From assembly GCA_946478235.1 (NCBI GenBank), contig CAMLBF010000006.1:10481-74480 (forward strand): a stretch of DNA of 64,000 nt, given 5' to 3'. Position numbers and translations under genes: made by a program. Of this stretch, positions 61,600-64,000 are shown one piece after another. The notes beneath the pieces were generated by a model, which was not told the DNA's origin, ran no database searches, and was given only the letters and a program-made list of their open reading frames with translations. Source of the stretch: an uncultured Bartonella sp. (GTDB lineage Bacteria > Pseudomonadota > Alphaproteobacteria > Rhizobiales > Rhizobiaceae). Positions within the stretch are counted from its first letter, which is position 1; each line of letters starts with the position of its first letter.

Positions 61600-62367
61600 T
61601 TATACCGATATTGTATCAAAAAGCGCGTTATTGCCTACCACGTCCCGTTTATCTTCTTCATTAGGTGCCCAATAAACCTGAATTGGATGAAGCGAGTGTC
61701 TTAAAACAGCTCTGATTGGCAATTCTTTTTCCGGACCATCTTGTAAAGCCTGTTCAAAGACTTCCAATTTTTCACGGCCTTCGAGATGTAGCGCGATAAA
61801 ACGTGACTGTGCAATAATTGGCAATGTCAATGTTAATCGTGCTTCAGTCAATCCTTTTGCATGAATTGGCAGTACCAAAGCGCGACAATGCGGATCAATA
61901 GCCTGTTTCAACCGGTCTCCTCCTGGAAAGAACGAAGCTGTATGCCCATCAGAACCCATACCAAGCACAACAACATCAAAAGGCTGCGGCAAACCGTTTA
62001 TACGACTAGCTGCAGAAAATGCACCAAGCTCAGCGGTAATGGAAGGGTGATAAAGACCATAAAACCGCGCTTTTGATGCAAAGTTTTGCAACAAAGTACT
62101 GCGCACGAGGCGTTCATTGGATCGCTCGTCAGTAACAGGAACAAAACGCTCGTCCACTAAGGTAATAAGTATATTCTTCCAGTCAATATCTGCCTTAGCT
62201 AGATAATGGAAAAAAAGTTCAGGCGTTTTTCCCCCTGAAACAGCCATGACAGCCTGTTTGCGCTCAACAACTGCTACACTCAATTCTGCCGCCACACGAT
62301 CAGCCAATGCGGAAGCAAGTGCGGCTGGTGTATCGAAATTCAGCCGGTTAGTGTCCATTAAACTCAT
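61600..62367 (-). CDS. pgl: 6-phosphogluconolactonase
   Basis: 255 aa with SGGKTP, DERFV and [11 protein letters not shown]. It sits between zwf and edd. Confidence 0.88.
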   Translation of the reverse strand: MSLMDTNRLNFDTPAALASALADRVAAELSVAVVERKQAVMAVSGGKTPELFFHYLAKADIDWKNILITLVDERFVPVTDERSNERLVRSTLLQNFASKARFYGLYHPSITAELGAFSAASRINGLPQPFDVVVLGMGSDGHTASFFPGGDRLKQAIDPHCRALVLPIHAKGLTEARLTLTLPIIAQSRFIALHLEGREKLEVFEQALQDGPEKELPIRAVLRHSLHPIQVYWAPNEEDKRDVVGNNALFDTISV

Positions 62368-62376
62368 TGTAATACC

Positions 62377-63852
62377 CTAAACTGTATCATTCCAAGTACG
62401 ACCATCACGTTCTATCAATGCGATAGATTTGGATGGTCCCCATGTACCTGCTGTATAACCTTGAACCGGTAATTTTGTTGCATCCCAACCTTCTTCAATC
62501 GGATCAACAAATCCCCATGCTGCTTCTACTTCATCCCGACGCATGAATAATGTCTGATTGCCACGGACAGCATCCATCAACAACCGCTCATATGCATCCG
62601 GATTACGCACTGAAAATGAATCAGCAAAAGTCATATCAAGAGGAATATGACGTAACCGCATACCCCCTGGCCCTGGATCTTTAATCATCAGCCATTGTTT
62701 TACACCTTCATCCGGCTGCAATCTGATAACCAAACGATTAGGCACAATTTCCCCTGCATCCTCACCAAAAATATTGTGCGGAATAGGTTTAAAAGTAACG
62801 ACAATTTCTGACATTCTGGTGGCCATGCGTTTACCTGTACGCAAGTAGAATGGTGTACCAGCCCAACGCCAATTATTGACATCAACTTTTAAAGCAACAA
62901 ATGTTTCTGTATTGCTTTTATCCTGCTTCAAATCGTCTAAGTAAGAACCTACAGGGCCACTTGTTGAAGCACCGGCAAGATACTGCCCCCTAACTGTATG
63001 CGTCATAACATTATGCGCATCGATACGACCGAGCGAATGAAGTACTTTTAATTTCTCATCACGAACAACATTGGCGGTGTTAGCTGATGGGGGTTCCATA
63101 GCAACCAGACAGAGAAGCTGTAACATATGGTTTTGCACCATATCACGTAAAGCTCCTGCATTATCGTAATACCCACCACGTCCTTCAACGCCGACCGATT
63201 CCGCAACCGTAATTTGAACGTGATCAATATGGCTTGAATTCCATAACGGCTCATAAAGTGCATTTGCAAACCGCAATGCCATCAAATTTTGAACTGTTTC
63301 CTTACCGAGATAATGGTCAATACGGAAAATCTGATTTTCGTTAAATACACGTGCTAATGTATCATTGAGTTGTTTTGCTGTTTCCCTATCGCGGCCAATT
63401 GGCTTTTCAACGATAATACGTGTCTGATCTGTAACGAGACCATTTTTACCCAATCGTTCTGCTATGCCACCAAATAATGTCGGGCTCACAGCCATATAGA
63501 ATGCGCGTATTTCGGCAGGCGACGTGTTGATTTTCTGTTTTAACTCAGCCCAGCCTTTATCTGAGGTAGCGTCCACCGAAACATAGCTTAATCGTTTTAA
63601 AAAACGATCCAATTCATCTTTATCAATATCACCGGCAACAACGTGCTTTTCAATCGCTTGACGCGCGAATTTTCTGTATTCATCGTCCGTCATCTCCGAA
63701 CGTGAAGTACCAATAATACGCGTTGGTTCACTATATTGTCCGGTACATTGGCGGTGGTAAAGTGCAGGGAAGAGTTTTCTTTCCGCAAGGTCGCCTGCTC
63801 CACCAAATACGATACAATCAAAAGGAGGTATCGGAATTATTTTGCTTACCAT
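62377..63852 (-). CDS. zwf: Glucose-6-phosphate 1-dehydrogenase
   Basis: 491 aa from ATG 63852. It has FGGAGDLA, RIDHYLGKE and QNHMLQLL. The track ORF extends to 63897. Confidence 0.95.
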   Translation of the reverse strand: MVSKIIPIPPFDCIVFGGAGDLAERKLFPALYHRQCTGQYSEPTRIIGTSRSEMTDDEYRKFARQAIEKHVVAGDIDKDELDRFLKRLSYVSVDATSDKGWAELKQKINTSPAEIRAFYMAVSPTLFGGIAERLGKNGLVTDQTRIIVEKPIGRDRETAKQLNDTLARVFNENQIFRIDHYLGKETVQNLMALRFANALYEPLWNSSHIDHVQITVAESVGVEGRGGYYDNAGALRDMVQNHMLQLLCLVAMEPPSANTANVVRDEKLKVLHSLGRIDAHNVMTHTVRGQYLAGASTSGPVGSYLDDLKQDKSNTETFVALKVDVNNWRWAGTPFYLRTGKRMATRMSEIVVTFKPIPHNIFGEDAGEIVPNRLVIRLQPDEGVKQWLMIKDPGPGGMRLRHIPLDMTFADSFSVRNPDAYERLLMDAVRGNQTLFMRRDEVEAAWGFVDPIEEGWDATKLPVQGYTAGTWGPSKSIALIERDGRTWNDTV

Positions 63853-64000
63853 GGAAGTGTCCGTTGTTAGGAACAGCTTTTTGCAGCCGTAAACCATATT
63901 AATATGTTAGCATATAAGCAGAAAGGTACTGAATAAGCTGTTAATTTTCGCGTTTTTCTTCGGATAAAATAAACATTCCAGTTTGATGAGCACAACAATG

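Noticed and set aside
1-64000. Scan for mobile elements, CRISPR arrays, tRNA/rRNA genes, integrases, toxin-antitoxin or classical defence genes
   Set aside because: None were seen. There are no long terminal inverted repeats, no spaced direct-repeat arrays, no T-loop GGTTCGAATCC-type motifs in the spacers, and no nuclease, methylase or transposase-like translations in the ORF track.

Overview
AT-rich (about 40% G+C by eye) chromosomal segment. Gene content and synteny fit an alphaproteobacterium of the Hyphomicrobiales/Rhizobiales: split PntAA/PntAB/PntB transhydrogenase, plant/alpha-type GshA, gcvTHP behind a tandem glycine riboswitch, leuB-asd, YbbN-LonN-Trm112, NnrS. A low-GC Bartonellaceae-like lineage is a guess, not a determination. 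I call about 58 protein genes, tightly packed and mostly core metabolism. They include Entner-Doudoroff genes at both edges (eda at 0.7 kb; zwf-pgl-edd at 59.7-63.9 kb), glycine cleavage, leuB, asd, metQNI, tex, pntAB, gshA, rsmE, rpsU, proC and folD. There are also transporters (NCS2 permease, FUSC/DUF1656/HlyD efflux set, LrgAB with LysR), regulators (CueR-like MerR, MarR, LacI, LysR) and a small envelope-glycan cluster. I saw no rRNA, tRNA, CRISPR, IS, integrase or phage genes, so this does not look like an accessory island. Five things deserve a second look. (1) A small ORF (54887-55510) carries what look like sialylmotifs L, S and VS of eukaryote-type GT29 sialyltransferases and heads a GT25/deacetylase cluster. 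(2) The asd leader combines an SD-preceded 38-codon ORF ending in Thr/Ile/Lys codons with a GC-rich three-helix element that can act as an anti-SD. (3) A stand-alone release-factor-like (baeRF-type) protein follows gshA. (4) A His/Asp-tract COG0523 GTPase is tightly coupled to a WD40 propeller. (5) A strong intrinsic terminator sits 11 nt before the FUSC efflux gene start. All protein family calls come from reading the supplied translations against remembered motifs. No database search was run.
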